64,000 nt of DNA from a bacterium (GCA_021811365.1 JAJZPB010000002.1:8162-72161), one strand, 5' to 3'; positions 1-10,119 are shown, counted from the first letter of the stretch. The notes: a model not told the origin generated them from the sequence alone. Numbers and translations: made by a program.

Positions 1-344
1 GCAAGACGCGGGTCCGTGACCTTGTCGAGTACCGAGAGCGCATTTTTTACGCCCTTCTCTTCGACAGCGCGAACGAGACTTTCGAGAGCCGCATCCTGAT
101 TGCCGTTTTCGATCTGCGAAAGAATATCCTGGGCCGCAGTCTCCATGGCCGGAGAACCCATTTGGTGGGCGCGCGCTGGCTCTTCGTGCGGCAGTTGTGC
201 ATAGGCATGCACCTGTTCAGAAACCACCTGCGCGCGCTCCGGAACTGCAAGCGTCTGCTGCGCGAGCTCCCGTTCCTTTTGCGCAACCTGGGCGCGCAGG
301 TATGCAAGCTCATCTTCTGGCGAATGCAGCAGCGGGCGTTCCAT
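1..344 (-). CDS. Hypothetical protein, 3' partial (runs off the window start)
   Basis: Open frame on the minus strand from the ATG at 342-344 to position 1 with no stop. Translation MERPLLHSPEDELAYLRAQVAQKERELAQQ... has coding-like composition. It sits co-directionally just downstream of the holin-like gene. The ORF track misses it because it has no in-window stop. Confidence 0.5.
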   Translation of the reverse strand, partial: MERPLLHSPEDELAYLRAQVAQKERELAQQTLAVPERAQVVSEQVHAYAQLPHEEPARAHQMGSPAMETAAQDILSQIENGNQDAALESLVRAVEEKGVKNALSVLDKVTDPRL

Positions 345-419
345 TGCTCGTAAGTGTACCAGCTGAACGCCGGTATACTTTTCACAATCCCCGTCACCGC
401 CCCCGAACGAGTTGCTCCG

Positions 420-755
420 CTATGCGCGCTGCCAGAGGTGAAAAACCCAGTTAACCACCGCGAGCACGATAGCAAACAAAAGCGCGGCACCGAAGCTTGC
501 GATCGAGAACCCCGGAACCACGAAGGCGGCAAGCAGCACTATTACCCCGTTTATGATGAGCGAAAAAAGCCCAAGCGTAAGAATTGTCACCGGTAACGTG
601 AGCAAAAAAAGAATCGGACGTACCAGTATATTGAGCGCCCCGAGCACAACGGCGGCAACAAGCGCCCCCACCACCGTAACGGAAACGCCCGGGACAAGAT
701 ACGCGGCAATACCAATCGCTGCTGCTGAAATAAGCCAGTGGAATGCAATTTTCAT
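420..755 (-). CDS. DUF360 / phage-holin-4-like small membrane protein
   Basis: MKIAFHWLISAAAIGIAAYLVPGV... is four predicted TM helices rich in Gly/Ala/Val, typical of the YvlD/DUF360 family. The upstream part of the 201-aa ORF is Arg/Cys-rich and looks non-coding, so the internal ATG at 753-755 was chosen. Confidence 0.7.
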   Translation of the reverse strand: MKIAFHWLISAAAIGIAAYLVPGVSVTVVGALVAAVVLGALNILVRPILFLLTLPVTILTLGLFSLIINGVIVLLAAFVVPGFSIASFGAALLFAIVLAVVNWVFHLWQRA

Positions 756-814
756 GTGGAAATAGTAGCATACTGCGCAATCATCTTCTTGCGACGCCTG
801 CGCCTCTGGACGGG

Positions 815-1513
815 TTACGATACTAGATGCTCTCCTAGAAATGCGTCGACGAGGGCCCAAGCCTCCTTTGCGGACGATTCGTGATAGTGGTTGTCTGCTG
901 TACGCGCAAACGCATGGCCAGCCTCTGAAAACGTAACCTCGACAAACGGCTTGCCTCGAGCAGTAAGTGCATCGGAAACTGCACGCGTTTTTTCGGGCGT
1001 AATGTGGTCGTCCTTCCCTCCCCAAAGAAGCATTTGTGGACCAGCGAGCTTTTCTACGCGGTCAAGCAACTGCTCGGCAATGCCGCCACCATAAAAAGAA
1101 ACCGCGCACGCGAGCGGCAACGTTGCATTAGCAAGAAAACTTGCGCGGCCGCCCATACAGAAACCAAGCGCTGCTATACGACCTTCTGGTATGCCTTGCG
1201 CTGATAGCCAGTCATACGCAGCCTTGAGATCTGCAATGAGGCCCTCGTTTGTAAGCGCCTGCATGTGCGGCGCGACGCTCGGATAGTCGCTATATGAGAG
1301 TTCGGTGCCCGCTTCAGCACTTCGGTGGAATACTTCCGGCGCAATGGCGAGATACCCCTGCTGCCCAAACTGGTCGGTAACACTGCGGATATACTCGGTA
1401 ACCCCGAACGCCTCTTGAATAACAATGATGCCCGCGGCTGCGGTACCAAGCGGACGAGCGACGTGCGCTTGCATTTGCGTACTATCAGATACGGTGAGTG
1501 TGACGGTTTCCAT
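815..1513 (-). CDS. Dienelactone hydrolase family alpha/beta hydrolase
   Basis: 232 aa with a GFCMGG nucleophile elbow and an acid/His arrangement typical of dienelactone hydrolases. Confidence 0.85.
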   Translation of the reverse strand: METVTLTVSDSTQMQAHVARPLGTAAAGIIVIQEAFGVTEYIRSVTDQFGQQGYLAIAPEVFHRSAEAGTELSYSDYPSVAPHMQALTNEGLIADLKAAYDWLSAQGIPEGRIAALGFCMGGRASFLANATLPLACAVSFYGGGIAEQLLDRVEKLAGPQMLLWGGKDDHITPEKTRAVSDALTARGKPFVEVTFSEAGHAFARTADNHYHESSAKEAWALVDAFLGEHLVS

Positions 1514-1559
1514 ATGAGTTGACTATAGCAGGCGGATAACTAAACGGACGGTGAACCCG

Positions 1560-2276
1560 CTAGCTCGCGAGCAGTACCACAACGAACAGCGTCGCTGCGC
1601 CCAGCAGCGTCATGATCGTGGTAAGAAAGCGAGGATGCTCGTGATAGCTTTCCGGAATGAGATCGCTTGCGGAAAGATACAAGAACGTGCCGACAAATAC
1701 GGCAAGCACCAAGCTTATCGCGGAGGCAGGAATGCGGAATAGCAGCGTCGACGCAGCGCCCAACACCGGAGCGATAGCATCGACAAATAGCCAGCGTGCG
1801 GCTCGCCCTGCGCTGCCGCGATTACGCAGCACGAGATTGACCGTATTTATGCCATCCGAAAAGTCATGCGTCAGTACCGCAGCGGTTACGATCGCGCCGA
1901 CTGCGGCTGACGCCTGGAACCCTATCCCGATTGCAATGCCGTCGAGAAAGCTATGTACCGAGAGCGTGAGCGCGCCGAAGAAACCGCGCGGCTCATTCTC
2001 TTGGTGCGCCTCTCCGTGCGCATGCAAAAGAATGAGCCGGTCAAGCACTAAGTAGCCAAAAAGACCGAGTGATATGAAAAGCGCAATTGTTTTAGGAGGA
2101 TAGTAGGCCGTGCCGAGCGAGATTGCCTCAGGCAAAAGATCGTACAACGCAACACCGGCGACCGCACCCGCGGAGAACCCGAGAATGAGGTGGAGACGGT
2201 CACGAAACTTCAGCGCGAAAGAGCCGCCGATGAGCGTAGCGATAAACGCCCCGAGTGCCAAAAGGAGTACGAACAT
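1560..2276 (-). CDS. ZIP family metal (Zn/Fe) transporter
   Basis: Polytopic membrane protein with a His-rich loop (HAHGEAHQENE) and the HSFLDGIAIG / LTHDFSDG motifs of ZupT-like ZIP transporters. Start placed at MFVLLLALGAF because the upstream 18 codons look non-coding. Confidence 0.85.
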   Translation of the reverse strand: MFVLLLALGAFIATLIGGSFALKFRDRLHLILGFSAGAVAGVALYDLLPEAISLGTAYYPPKTIALFISLGLFGYLVLDRLILLHAHGEAHQENEPRGFFGALTLSVHSFLDGIAIGIGFQASAAVGAIVTAAVLTHDFSDGINTVNLVLRNRGSAGRAARWLFVDAIAPVLGAASTLLFRIPASAISLVLAVFVGTFLYLSASDLIPESYHEHPRFLTTIMTLLGAATLFVVVLLAS

Positions 2277-2333
2277 TGTGGGTATAGTAGCGCAACTACG
2301 AACCCGTAACAACACGCAGCTGCCATTCAAGAT

Positions 2334-2777
2334 TCAGAACCGCAATGGTTTTGCTGGCGTCAGTATAGCGGACGGGTCGGTTCGCCACGCGTCGCCAATG
2401 TCGGCATACAGCTCGAGCTCGTTGCCGTCTGGGTCGAGTATGTACAGGCTGTGGGTTACGGTATGATCGGCGGTACCAACGATGGTCACCCCCTGTGCAC
2501 GTAATTCCTGATACGCTTGTTTTGCGGCGCCCGGTCCGTCGCCAATCTTGAAGCCGATATGATACAAGCCCGGGCGCATCTCGCGCGCTCGCTCCGGTTG
2601 CGGGACTCCTCCCACCTCAATCAGCAGCAACTCGTGGTGCGTGCGGCCACCTGAGAAGAGCGCCATCGGCCACGTGCGCGCAATTTCCGTAAAACCAAGC
2701 GTGTCTCTGTAAAAATCTGCACTGCGTGCGAGGTTAGTAACATAAAGTACGACGTGCCCGAGCTCATGAATGCGCAT
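2334..2777 (-). CDS. VOC family protein (glyoxalase / bleomycin resistance / dioxygenase fold)
   Basis: MRIHELGHVVLYVTNLARSADFYRDTLGF... is a classic VOC N-terminus, with HIGFKI later. Internal start chosen because the upstream part of the ORF is Arg/Trp-rich. Confidence 0.8.
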   Translation of the reverse strand: MRIHELGHVVLYVTNLARSADFYRDTLGFTEIARTWPMALFSGGRTHHELLLIEVGGVPQPERAREMRPGLYHIGFKIGDGPGAAKQAYQELRAQGVTIVGTADHTVTHSLYILDPDGNELELYADIGDAWRTDPSAILTPAKPLRF

Positions 2778-2841
2778 ACGGTAATGATACCAAAGACAAA
2801 AGCGCGGCTGGTGGTACCAGCCGCGCTTTTGCGAAAATTCG

Positions 2842-3579
2842 CTAGCCCTGTGTGCTTGTTGCTGTGCCGCTCGATCCCAGCTCCTGGTCAATGGCTTGCT
2901 GGAACGTGGCGTACGGGTATGCCCCGGCGATCATTTGCGTACCAATAACGAATGACGGGGTCGCGCTGATGCCGAACTTCGCCGCTTCCGTTTTGTCTGC
3001 ATTGATTTGCGCATCGTACTTCACCTGGTTAGCAGCCACATCTGCCTCCACCTTAGCCACGTCTATGCCTTGAACCGTTGCGGTAGTTGTCTTCAGGAAG
3101 GCGAGGTTCGCTGACGCGCTCATGCTGTTTTCCTGCGGTTCGCTGCTGTAGATTGCGGTGCGCCACGCAAGGAACTGGTTCGGATACAAGCTCCAAATCG
3201 AACGTGCCCACTCGGCATCAACCATCGAGTCAGGCCCAAGGAACTGGAAGTCTTTGAACACCACGCGCACCTTCCCCGCGTTTACATAGTTTTGGAGAAT
3301 CTGCGGCAGGGTAGAAATTTCCCACTGTTTGCAGAATGGGCACTGGTAGTCAGACCACTCTGCAATGGTTACCGGAGCATTTGGGTTACCGATGAACGGC
3401 TCACCGTTCGTCTGGACATCCTTAATATTTACGCTTGGTGCAGCACCGGTATTCCCCGCCGTCGTTCCGGTAGTGCCCGAGGGGTGCGAACCATTCCAAA
3501 TCACCGCACCGGCAATGAGCAAACCCGCGACTACCACAGCGCCGCCTAAGAAAAGTGGATTGTTATTCGAATTATTCAT
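2842..3579 (-). CDS. DsbA-family thiol:disulfide oxidoreductase, N-terminally membrane anchored
   Basis: N-terminal TM helix followed by a thioredoxin fold with a CPFC active site (WSDYQCPFCKQW) and DsbA-like C-terminal helices. Confidence 0.85.
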   Translation of the reverse strand: MNNSNNNPLFLGGAVVVAGLLIAGAVIWNGSHPSGTTGTTAGNTGAAPSVNIKDVQTNGEPFIGNPNAPVTIAEWSDYQCPFCKQWEISTLPQILQNYVNAGKVRVVFKDFQFLGPDSMVDAEWARSIWSLYPNQFLAWRTAIYSSEPQENSMSASANLAFLKTTTATVQGIDVAKVEADVAANQVKYDAQINADKTEAAKFGISATPSFVIGTQMIAGAYPYATFQQAIDQELGSSGTATSTQG

Positions 3580-3658
3580 ATTGAGTGATTATGCCATCGC
3601 ATCAGACGAATGCAACGGATGTACTACAGCCGTACGCGCCTAATGCTACCATGCCGAC

Positions 3659-3961
3659 ATGGATTCATTTCGACAGGCCGTGTACAGAGCGACGGCGCAG
3701 ATTCCCAGCGGGAAAGTGGCTACCTATGGCCAAATTGCTCGCCTAGCGGGGCGCCCTAAAGCGGCGCGTGCAGTCGGCCAATTCATGGCAAAAAACAACG
3801 ACCCTAAGCACATCCCCTGCCATCGTGTAGTCGGCAGCACGGGCGCACTTACCGGCTACGCATTCGACGGTGTACTGATGAAGCGCAAGAAATTGCTCGA
3901 CGAGGGAGTCGTTTTCAAAGGGACGCGCGTGGACCTCGACCAGTCATGCTGGAATCGCTAG
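3659..3961 (+). CDS. MGMT-family (methylated-DNA-protein-cysteine methyltransferase DNA-binding domain) protein
   Basis: 100 aa with the IPCHRVV motif and a YGQIA helix-turn-helix, as in the Ogt C-terminal domain and alkyltransferase-like proteins. Confidence 0.8.
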   Translation: MDSFRQAVYRATAQIPSGKVATYGQIARLAGRPKAARAVGQFMAKNNDPKHIPCHRVVGSTGALTGYAFDGVLMKRKKLLDEGVVFKGTRVDLDQSCWNR

Positions 3962-4033
3962 ACGCGGTTGCCGAGCAGAATCCGCTTACTCACTACTACT
4001 TCCCGCCTGCGCAGCTACGAACGATTTGCGCGG

Positions 4034-5209
4034 TTACTGGTATTGAATGTAGATAGGGGTTGGCGTAAGGCTAAGAACCTCCTGCGGCGTTAGCATCCGT
4101 GTTGACGGCGGCTTAAGATCTGCATGGTAGAAAAGCTTCATGCCGGTGAACTGCACCGGGTACGGCTCAATGATCCGCTTGTAGGTATTAAATTTCCGTG
4201 CCGGTTCTCCCCAACCATCCATATCCATTACCACTTCTACTTGGGGAAGCGGCCGTATGTCGGAAACGCCCGTTACCATGTCGTAGGTAAAGCGATGCAC
4301 GATGAGGACCTTCGGCGCGAGGTGGTTTTCTTTTACTATCGTTGCGAGGAAACTCGCAGCATAATTCACATCGCCAGCGTTAAACGTGCCGATAACCGTG
4401 CCCGGGGCATTGCCGTATTTCATCGAGAACTCGGGGTCAATGCCAAGCTCGACATTCGGCAACTTAAGCCACTTCTCGAGCGGCGGCAGTTCCTGTTCCA
4501 GCGTGCTCTGCCCCACCTGCACGTCAAGAATAAGCAAACCATGAATTTGATTCGCCATGTCTAGCGCCTTTTGTATCTGACTGTCGGGCATGCGCGCTCG
4601 CCACTTCCCATCCGGCCCGGGCTGGCCCTGCGCCACAACAGCAATGTACTGGATTGCGGGAATGGTCGGCGTCGTCGGGTCGGCCTTTGCCCACATCTCG
4701 GTCGTAGACGCTAGCTTGGCGAGAACGACCGCGGGCGAGTATTCGCCGAGTACGCCCATCTTTGTCGAATAAAAATTCCCATAGTAGGCAACAATGCGCT
4801 TGAACGGCAACAGCGCGCCGCCCTGCGGGTATACCGTTGCCTTTGGCCAAAGCGCCCCTGGTATAGACACGCTTGTCGTTGCCGTCCACTGAGGCATAGC
4901 GACCGGTTTCGTCGACGTAGCTCCGGGTATAGGCGAAGGAGGTGCGACATAGTGTGCAAGAGCGAGCATTCGCTTGTTGTACGCGACCTTGTCGAGCGGC
5001 AGCGGCCAGAGCGGTTGCGCCGGTGCAACCGCTACCGTGCGCACATACACCATTGGTGAAATGTCCGCCCGGTTGGCAGCATAGGCTCCCGCCGCCACAA
5101 ACGCAGCAGCTCCTAAAAGGGCGAACGAACGAACGCTCACTGCGCTCGAAAGGTCAGAAGCGCGTGCGAAGATACGACGAGACCGACGCGGCTCTACGGG
5201 TTTGTTCAT
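4034..5209 (-). CDS. Hypothetical membrane-anchored/secreted protein
   Basis: 391 aa with an N-terminal basic stretch plus hydrophobic helix, then a Pro/Ala-rich linker and a globular domain. No family recognised by eye. Confidence 0.6.
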   Translation of the reverse strand: MNKPVEPRRSRRIFARASDLSSAVSVRSFALLGAAAFVAAGAYAANRADISPMVYVRTVAVAPAQPLWPLPLDKVAYNKRMLALAHYVAPPSPIPGATSTKPVAMPQWTATTSVSIPGALWPKATVYPQGGALLPFKRIVAYYGNFYSTKMGVLGEYSPAVVLAKLASTTEMWAKADPTTPTIPAIQYIAVVAQGQPGPDGKWRARMPDSQIQKALDMANQIHGLLILDVQVGQSTLEQELPPLEKWLKLPNVELGIDPEFSMKYGNAPGTVIGTFNAGDVNYAASFLATIVKENHLAPKVLIVHRFTYDMVTGVSDIRPLPQVEVVMDMDGWGEPARKFNTYKRIIEPYPVQFTGMKLFYHADLKPPSTRMLTPQEVLSLTPTPIYIQYQ

Positions 5210-5300
5210 GAAAGTATGACGTAAAAAGTACCGGTATTCTACCTTTCTATCGCAAAAACGCGAAGCGACTCGACAGCGTTTTCCGCATCCGGCAGCCGTT

Positions 5301-6644
5301 TTAGCCAGTAATCACTACTTTGTCGATACCGAAGATTTGACGCATTGAGTAGTGCGAGTTGAAACTGACGTCGTTTCCGTTTGGAATATACGGGTCGCGC
5401 ATAACGTAATTGCCCTTACTACCACTCACGAGCACGACATAGTGGGTGCCGCCATACGCGTTTATTCCTACAATGACCGGCGTGCCTTGTGCGAGCGACG
5501 GGTCAATAGCGGCTATCTTTTGACGCGTCGCCGTAACGCCGTCGGCGCTGATAGTGAAGAGCAAATATGCCGGGTAGTAAGCGGCAAAGTTCCCAGGATT
5601 ATCGTTAATCGTGAGTGGCGTCACATTGCGATAGCCGTAGTGCGTGAAGACCATTGCCATCGCCGTAATAAGGCAGCCGTCACTCTTTAGCTTGTACTGT
5701 GTTCCGTTGAGCGGGTCATTCCCCCAAGCCGCATCGCGCTGGTTATAGTAGCAACCCCAACTATCGCAGCTCGTTTGATTTGCGAGAAGCCCCGAACCGC
5801 CCGCGTTTTGCGTAAAGGCGGAGAAGCTGCCGAGTTCAGCTTTTGCCTGCGCAAGCAGTTTTTCGTACGTAGATTCTTTTGCATTCGTCTGGGCAAGCAG
5901 GTTTGCCTTCGACTGCTTTGTTTGCACAAGCGAACTTTGCTGCGACGCAAGGGTCGCACGCTGCGAAACCAAGGTCGCCTGTTTCTGCTGCGAGCTCGCC
6001 TGCGAGTAAGCAAGCTGCTGCACCTCGCCCTGCAGCTCCTGAAGCTTTTCACGAATAGCGACCTGTAGCTGCACGGTCTGATCAACATCCTGCCACATCT
6101 GCGTTAAGCTTTTCGATGAAAAAAACTGCACGATAAGCGGGCTCGCGTCCGCTTGCTGCATGAAGCGCAGATTTTCCCCTACCGCTGCTTGGTTCGCCTC
6201 AATTGCGCTCTGTGTACTCATTATATTATTTCCGAGCTGTCGGAGCTGTAGCTGAATGGAGTCAATTTGGTTCTGGGTAGCCGAAATCTGCGCCTGCACC
6301 TTTTTCCGCTGTAAATCAAGCGTGTTAATCGCCGCTTGAAGCGTCTTCTTATCGGCTCCCGCCTTTTGAATTGCCGATTCGTATTTTGCTATTTCAGCGT
6401 TGAGCTGAAGAATTTCTGCCGAATGCGCGTTAATCTGGCTTTGCAGATTACTGAGCGCAGTGGATGATGCACTCGTGTTGTTGGATGAATTTCCCGCGGC
6501 AGTAGCCGCTAAGACGACGCGTACGTTCTGAACAAACAGTGCAAACGCACCGAGCGCAAAAATGGCTGCACCCGCAATGACGAATGGCGTACGAAACCTG
6601 CCCATCTTCACTATCGTATCACTTCCCATTCCGCTTTTGAACAC
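5301..6644 (-). CDS. Membrane-anchored coiled-coil protein with C-terminal C39-like (papain fold) peptidase domain, likely cell-wall hydrolase
   Basis: N-terminal TM, then a long Q/A/L-rich coiled coil, then a C-terminal domain with DGCLITAMAMVFTHYG (Cys nucleophile) and a later HYVVLVSG (His). This matches peptidase_C39-like domains. Confidence 0.7.
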   Translation of the reverse strand: MFKSGMGSDTIVKMGRFRTPFVIAGAAIFALGAFALFVQNVRVVLAATAAGNSSNNTSASSTALSNLQSQINAHSAEILQLNAEIAKYESAIQKAGADKKTLQAAINTLDLQRKKVQAQISATQNQIDSIQLQLRQLGNNIMSTQSAIEANQAAVGENLRFMQQADASPLIVQFFSSKSLTQMWQDVDQTVQLQVAIREKLQELQGEVQQLAYSQASSQQKQATLVSQRATLASQQSSLVQTKQSKANLLAQTNAKESTYEKLLAQAKAELGSFSAFTQNAGGSGLLANQTSCDSWGCYYNQRDAAWGNDPLNGTQYKLKSDGCLITAMAMVFTHYGYRNVTPLTINDNPGNFAAYYPAYLLFTISADGVTATRQKIAAIDPSLAQGTPVIVGINAYGGTHYVVLVSGSKGNYVMRDPYIPNGNDVSFNSHYSMRQIFGIDKVVITG

Positions 6645-6786
6645 CTCGCGCGCTCCCTCAAGGAGTCACGTGCACATTCTTACTAAAGACTCGTAAAAAA
6701 AACTTTGTAACTACCGTACGGATTGGCGCTCATACAATAACCAACCCCCGACGCTACTGCGTCGGGGGTTGTATACAGTTGGTGCT

Positions 6787-7281
6787 TTACTTAGCCCACT
6801 TAGCCCGGAGCAGCCACCCGGGCAAGCTTTCTCCCTCCAAGCGAAGCAACCACGAGTTGTCCCGCACCACCCTCATGAGGGCCAGGTTCTGGCCATACGT
6901 TCCGCGATACACTGGCCATCGTGCACGCTGCTCCGCGGTGAGCGGCACCGTCGGTTGAATCGGGTGCCCATGTTGCGCCGCGAATCGCCACAACACCAGC
7001 CTTGAGCAGAAGTCGGCATGGTCACCTAGTCCTGCCTCGTCGAAGGCTTGCTGTAGTCTCTGTCCTGCTGGCGTACAATGGACCGTATCGCCCGCAACGG
7101 TTTTTTCCTGGCCATACGCCTCAGCAAGCGTATGCGTAATTGCCACTGAGCCCTCGTTAGCGATTGACGCACTTTTCTGATCTTGGAATCGCCAGTCCGC
7201 GATACCCAACACCAGAACAACAATCGATACCAGTATCGCCCCTGCAGTACGGAACGATACGTAACGTGTATGCGTACGCAT
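6787..7281 (-). CDS. Hypothetical membrane-anchored protein
   Basis: 164 aa with one N-terminal TM helix. No recognisable motifs. Confidence 0.45.
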   Translation of the reverse strand: MRTHTRYVSFRTAGAILVSIVVLVLGIADWRFQDQKSASIANEGSVAITHTLAEAYGQEKTVAGDTVHCTPAGQRLQQAFDEAGLGDHADFCSRLVLWRFAAQHGHPIQPTVPLTAEQRARWPVYRGTYGQNLALMRVVRDNSWLLRLEGESLPGWLLRAKWAK

Positions 7282-7443
7282 CGGGTTCTCCCTGTCTCTT
7301 TAGGTTGCTACGTATCCATCTAATATTCTGATGGATTCTTGCTATTATGTCAACTCTCGGTCTAAGCAGAGACATCCGGTGCCGCCCGCCGCATCACTGG
7401 CGCTCTGCACGAGATTACGAGAACGCGGTTGCGATTGCGGTTG

Positions 7444-8163
7444 CTACGCAGATACGCCAATAAGCGTGCCCACGTAATATGTAACGAGCATCGCAAGCGC
7501 ACCCCCAAGCACGACGCGCACGATAGCGCGCATATAGGGAGCACGACTCACTCTTGCGCTCGCATACCCCGTTATAAAAAGCGCACCGAGAACCGACAGA
7601 AACGTTACTGTAATCCGTATAGACGCGGGAGGGAGCAATATTGCAGCGAGCGGTATCGCGCCGCCGACACTAAAAGAAAGAAACGACGCGAGCGAGGCTT
7701 GCCATGGGTTGGTCAGGTCAGATGGATCAATGCCAAGTTCTGCCTCGGCATGCGCGAGAAACTCATCGTGAGCCGAGAGTTCGCGCGCAACCGTCGCGGC
7801 TGTTTCTTCCGAAAGCCCTTTTTCTCGATACAGCCGCTTCAGCTCCTCAAATTCTTCCCGCGGATAATCTCTCAGTTCTCCTCGTTCTTTCTCGAGTAGC
7901 GCTTTCTCAGTATCGCGCTGGCTCGATACCGACACGTACTCCCCCGCTGCCATCGAAAACGCTCCCGCAAGCAGTCCTGCAACGCCGCTAATGAGGATTA
8001 CGCGAGTATCGGCAGTTGCTCCCGCCACGCCCACGACAATCGAAGCATTTGAGATGATGCCGTCATTCGCCCCGAGTACTGCGGCGCGTAGTCGATTCAT
8101 CATACTGTTGCTTACCACAGCATCGCTTACATTGTGCGAAACCGGCCGCTGATTGTCATCCAT
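7444..8163 (-). CDS. VIT1/CCC1 family iron/manganese transporter
   Basis: ANDGIISNASIVVGVAG near the N-terminus, an acidic central helical region (EKERGELRDYPREEFEELK), and C-terminal TM helices: the VIT family layout. Internal start MDDNQRP chosen at 8161-8163. Confidence 0.8.
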   Translation of the reverse strand: MDDNQRPVSHNVSDAVVSNSMMNRLRAAVLGANDGIISNASIVVGVAGATADTRVILISGVAGLLAGAFSMAAGEYVSVSSQRDTEKALLEKERGELRDYPREEFEELKRLYREKGLSEETAATVARELSAHDEFLAHAEAELGIDPSDLTNPWQASLASFLSFSVGGAIPLAAILLPPASIRITVTFLSVLGALFITGYASARVSRAPYMRAIVRVVLGGALAMLVTYYVGTLIGVSA

Positions 8164-8230
8164 GCAGACAGTAGTATACCAAGAGTCGGGAAAGGTCCCC
8201 GGGAGCATCTGAGATGTAAGCCAGGGGACA

Positions 8231-8560
8231 CTAATTGTCAAAACCACTTTCGTGCCCTTCGCGAGAGCGGATTACCGGCGGCGCAGTAACCGGCTGCGAC
8301 GGAGCGCTAGCAGTTGTGTTACTCGGCGCTTGCGTCGAAGCTCCCGCTGCCCCCGAAAGTGTGGTGCTTGCTGGTTTCGAATTCTCAGCGCTTGTTTTCT
8401 GTGTAGAAGTAGCTGCGCTCGTTGTGGCAGAGCTGGGTCGCGCGACTACTTCCTGACCGACCGCGATGAGCCCGATCACGAGTACGGTTCCCAGAATGAA
8501 AACGAAGTTGTCTTCGATGCGTGGCATAGGTACGTGCATTTTCGCGTGGAATGATACCAC
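8231..8560 (-). CDS. Hypothetical small membrane protein with Ser/Thr/Ala-rich low-complexity tail
   Basis: One TM helix (FVFILGTVLVIGLIAV) followed by a T/S/A-rich tail. Weak. Confidence 0.4.
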   Translation of the reverse strand: MVSFHAKMHVPMPRIEDNFVFILGTVLVIGLIAVGQEVVARPSSATTSAATSTQKTSAENSKPASTTLSGAAGASTQAPSNTTASAPSQPVTAPPVIRSREGHESGFDN

Positions 8561-8619
8561 GCGCGTTCGTAGCCGAAAGCCTTCGCTGGTACCCTAACCT
8601 TCTGCTTATGGAGGGTTAC

Positions 8620-8976
8620 TTAATCGTGGCGCTTTGAAAGCGCGGCGGTGTGCGCTTCTATGGCGGCTGTCAGGCGGTCAATCTTTGCTCCCAACACCGC
8701 AAACGAATCTTCACCGTGCGTCATAGGAGCGCTGCGTCGCGGAGCATCATTGTGCGAGGGTCCGTCTTCCTTTCCTCTAAAGCAGTTCCGGCAGTAGACC
8801 GGCTTCTTGCCATTGGGCTTAAACGGAACTTCGCATGCATCCCCGCATTCGTTACAGGTAGCCTGGAAGCGTTCAGCGGGCGCATCGTCCCGAGCGTATC
8901 CTCGCTTGGCGCCATACGGAGCACGTACGCCAAACGGCTTCTTCGTAAAGCCCGGGGATTTTGTGAATGTTTTCAT
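8620..8976 (-). CDS. CxxC-x17-CxxC zinc-ribbon domain protein
   Basis: MKTFTKSPGFTKKPFGVRAPYGAKRG...CNECGDACEVPFKPNGKKPVYCRNCF is the widespread zinc-ribbon small protein seen in many Patescibacteria. Start at the ATG at 8974-8976, because the longer ORF adds a non-coding-like extension. Confidence 0.75.
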   Translation of the reverse strand: MKTFTKSPGFTKKPFGVRAPYGAKRGYARDDAPAERFQATCNECGDACEVPFKPNGKKPVYCRNCFRGKEDGPSHNDAPRRSAPMTHGEDSFAVLGAKIDRLTAAIEAHTAALSKRHD

Positions 8977-9252
8977 GTGATAGTTGTTATGTACCAGAAT
9001 ACCACATGTTCGTGTATATGACAACATTGCTGTCAGCTCTGCTGGTAGCAAGATCGCGCAGATGGTGGTGATGCGTGGCATGTGCACATGATCGTCTATG
9101 TGTGGCGCAGATGCATAAAGTGGTGGTGTGCCTCCGTGGACAATCGCCCGCCATACCGGGTCTGTATGGAAATGAGAACCCCGCGTCGTGGTAAACGCGG
9201 GGTAAGAGGACAAAAGCCCAAGGACCAAGATCCGAGGTTCAATGTTCCAAGT

Positions 9253-9774
9253 TCAACTTGCACGCACTGCGGCGGGGTTGCCGTTGTCCCAGCCGTCGTC
9301 GAGCCAGAAGTCGCTCCAGCGCCACCCGCCGTCGTCCCAGTAGAGGCAGCGGACGCCAAAGCAGCCGTTGCAGTCGCGGTAGACGGTGCCCCAGAAGAAG
9401 ATGTAGCGGGTGTTGCCCTGCCCATCCTTTTCCCACTCCTCGGGAATGAGGTGCGGATTGGCCAGCAGGTAGTCGAGGACGTTGGCATTGAGCACTGGCG
9501 TGCTCTTTTCCGTAAGCTCCTTGCGAAGCCTATTGCCTTCGATGACCTTCCCGTTCATCTGGCCGCTTGCGAGATAGAGTTCCACCTGCGAGGCGTCCCA
9601 CGTGAAGGTGCCCCCTTTCTGGTGTTCCTCCACCGTCCACCCGCCTTTCTCCCACGGGTTGAACGGGTCGGCGTCGCAGTCAATGACGTGTTCGACGACG
9701 CTGAAGTCCGCGCGGCGGAACGCCAGCTTGAGTTCGTTGGCTTGGCCAACATCGAGCATCAAATCTTTGCCCAT
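9253..9774 (-). CDS. Hypothetical protein (Trp/Asp/Gly-rich C-terminus with CNGC pair)
   Basis: Coding-like 174 aa starting at MGKDLMLDVGQ. C-terminal part reads YRDCNGCFGVRCLYWDDGGWRWSDFWLDDGWDNG. No known family recognised. Confidence 0.5.
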   Translation of the reverse strand: MGKDLMLDVGQANELKLAFRRADFSVVEHVIDCDADPFNPWEKGGWTVEEHQKGGTFTWDASQVELYLASGQMNGKVIEGNRLRKELTEKSTPVLNANVLDYLLANPHLIPEEWEKDGQGNTRYIFFWGTVYRDCNGCFGVRCLYWDDGGWRWSDFWLDDGWDNGNPAAVRAS

Positions 9775-10033
9775 CGTTGTACTCCGAATTACGGCGGTGT
9801 TCTTGCAAACCGTGGCGCGTGCCAGCGGGCTCCCTCGGGTTTGAGGGTTTGCCATGGCAGACAAAGGCCGAATATCGGCCGCTCTCTGCTACGGCAAACC
9901 GCGCACTAGCAAAGTACCGTTCCCTGTGAGTATTATTACACAATACGATGCGGTTAGTCAATAGTGTACGCCTAATGGGCACGCGAGACTCTGCTCACGT
10001 CGCGTAACACTATGTATTACTAAGTACTACTCG

Positions 10034-10106
10034 GCTGCCGGACTTGGAATCGAACCAAGATTGAGAGCTTCAAAGGCTCCTGTCCTACCTTTAGACGATC
10101 CGGCAA
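10034..10106 (-). tRNA. tRNA-Gln (anticodon TTG)
   Basis: The reverse complement folds as a cloverleaf: acceptor TGCCGGA/TCCGGCA, anticodon stem GGAGC/GCTCT with loop CTTTGAA (anticodon UUG), T-arm CTTGG-TTCGATT-CCAAG. CCA is not encoded. Confidence 0.8.
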
Positions 10107-10119
10107 TGGGACTACCCTA

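Noticed and set aside
47-532. 161-aa minus-strand ORF at the window start
   Set aside because: Arg/Ser/Cys-rich translation. A different frame on the same strand (1-344) gives a convincingly protein-like sequence, and 420-755 holds the holin-like gene.
9082-9909. 275-aa plus-strand ORF overlapping the zinc-ribbon gene and the 9253-9774 gene
   Set aside because: Arg/Pro/Ala-rich low-complexity translation (..PAVVEPEVAPAPPAVVPVEAADAKAAVAVAV..) antisense to two coding-like minus-strand genes. A GC-driven spurious ORF.
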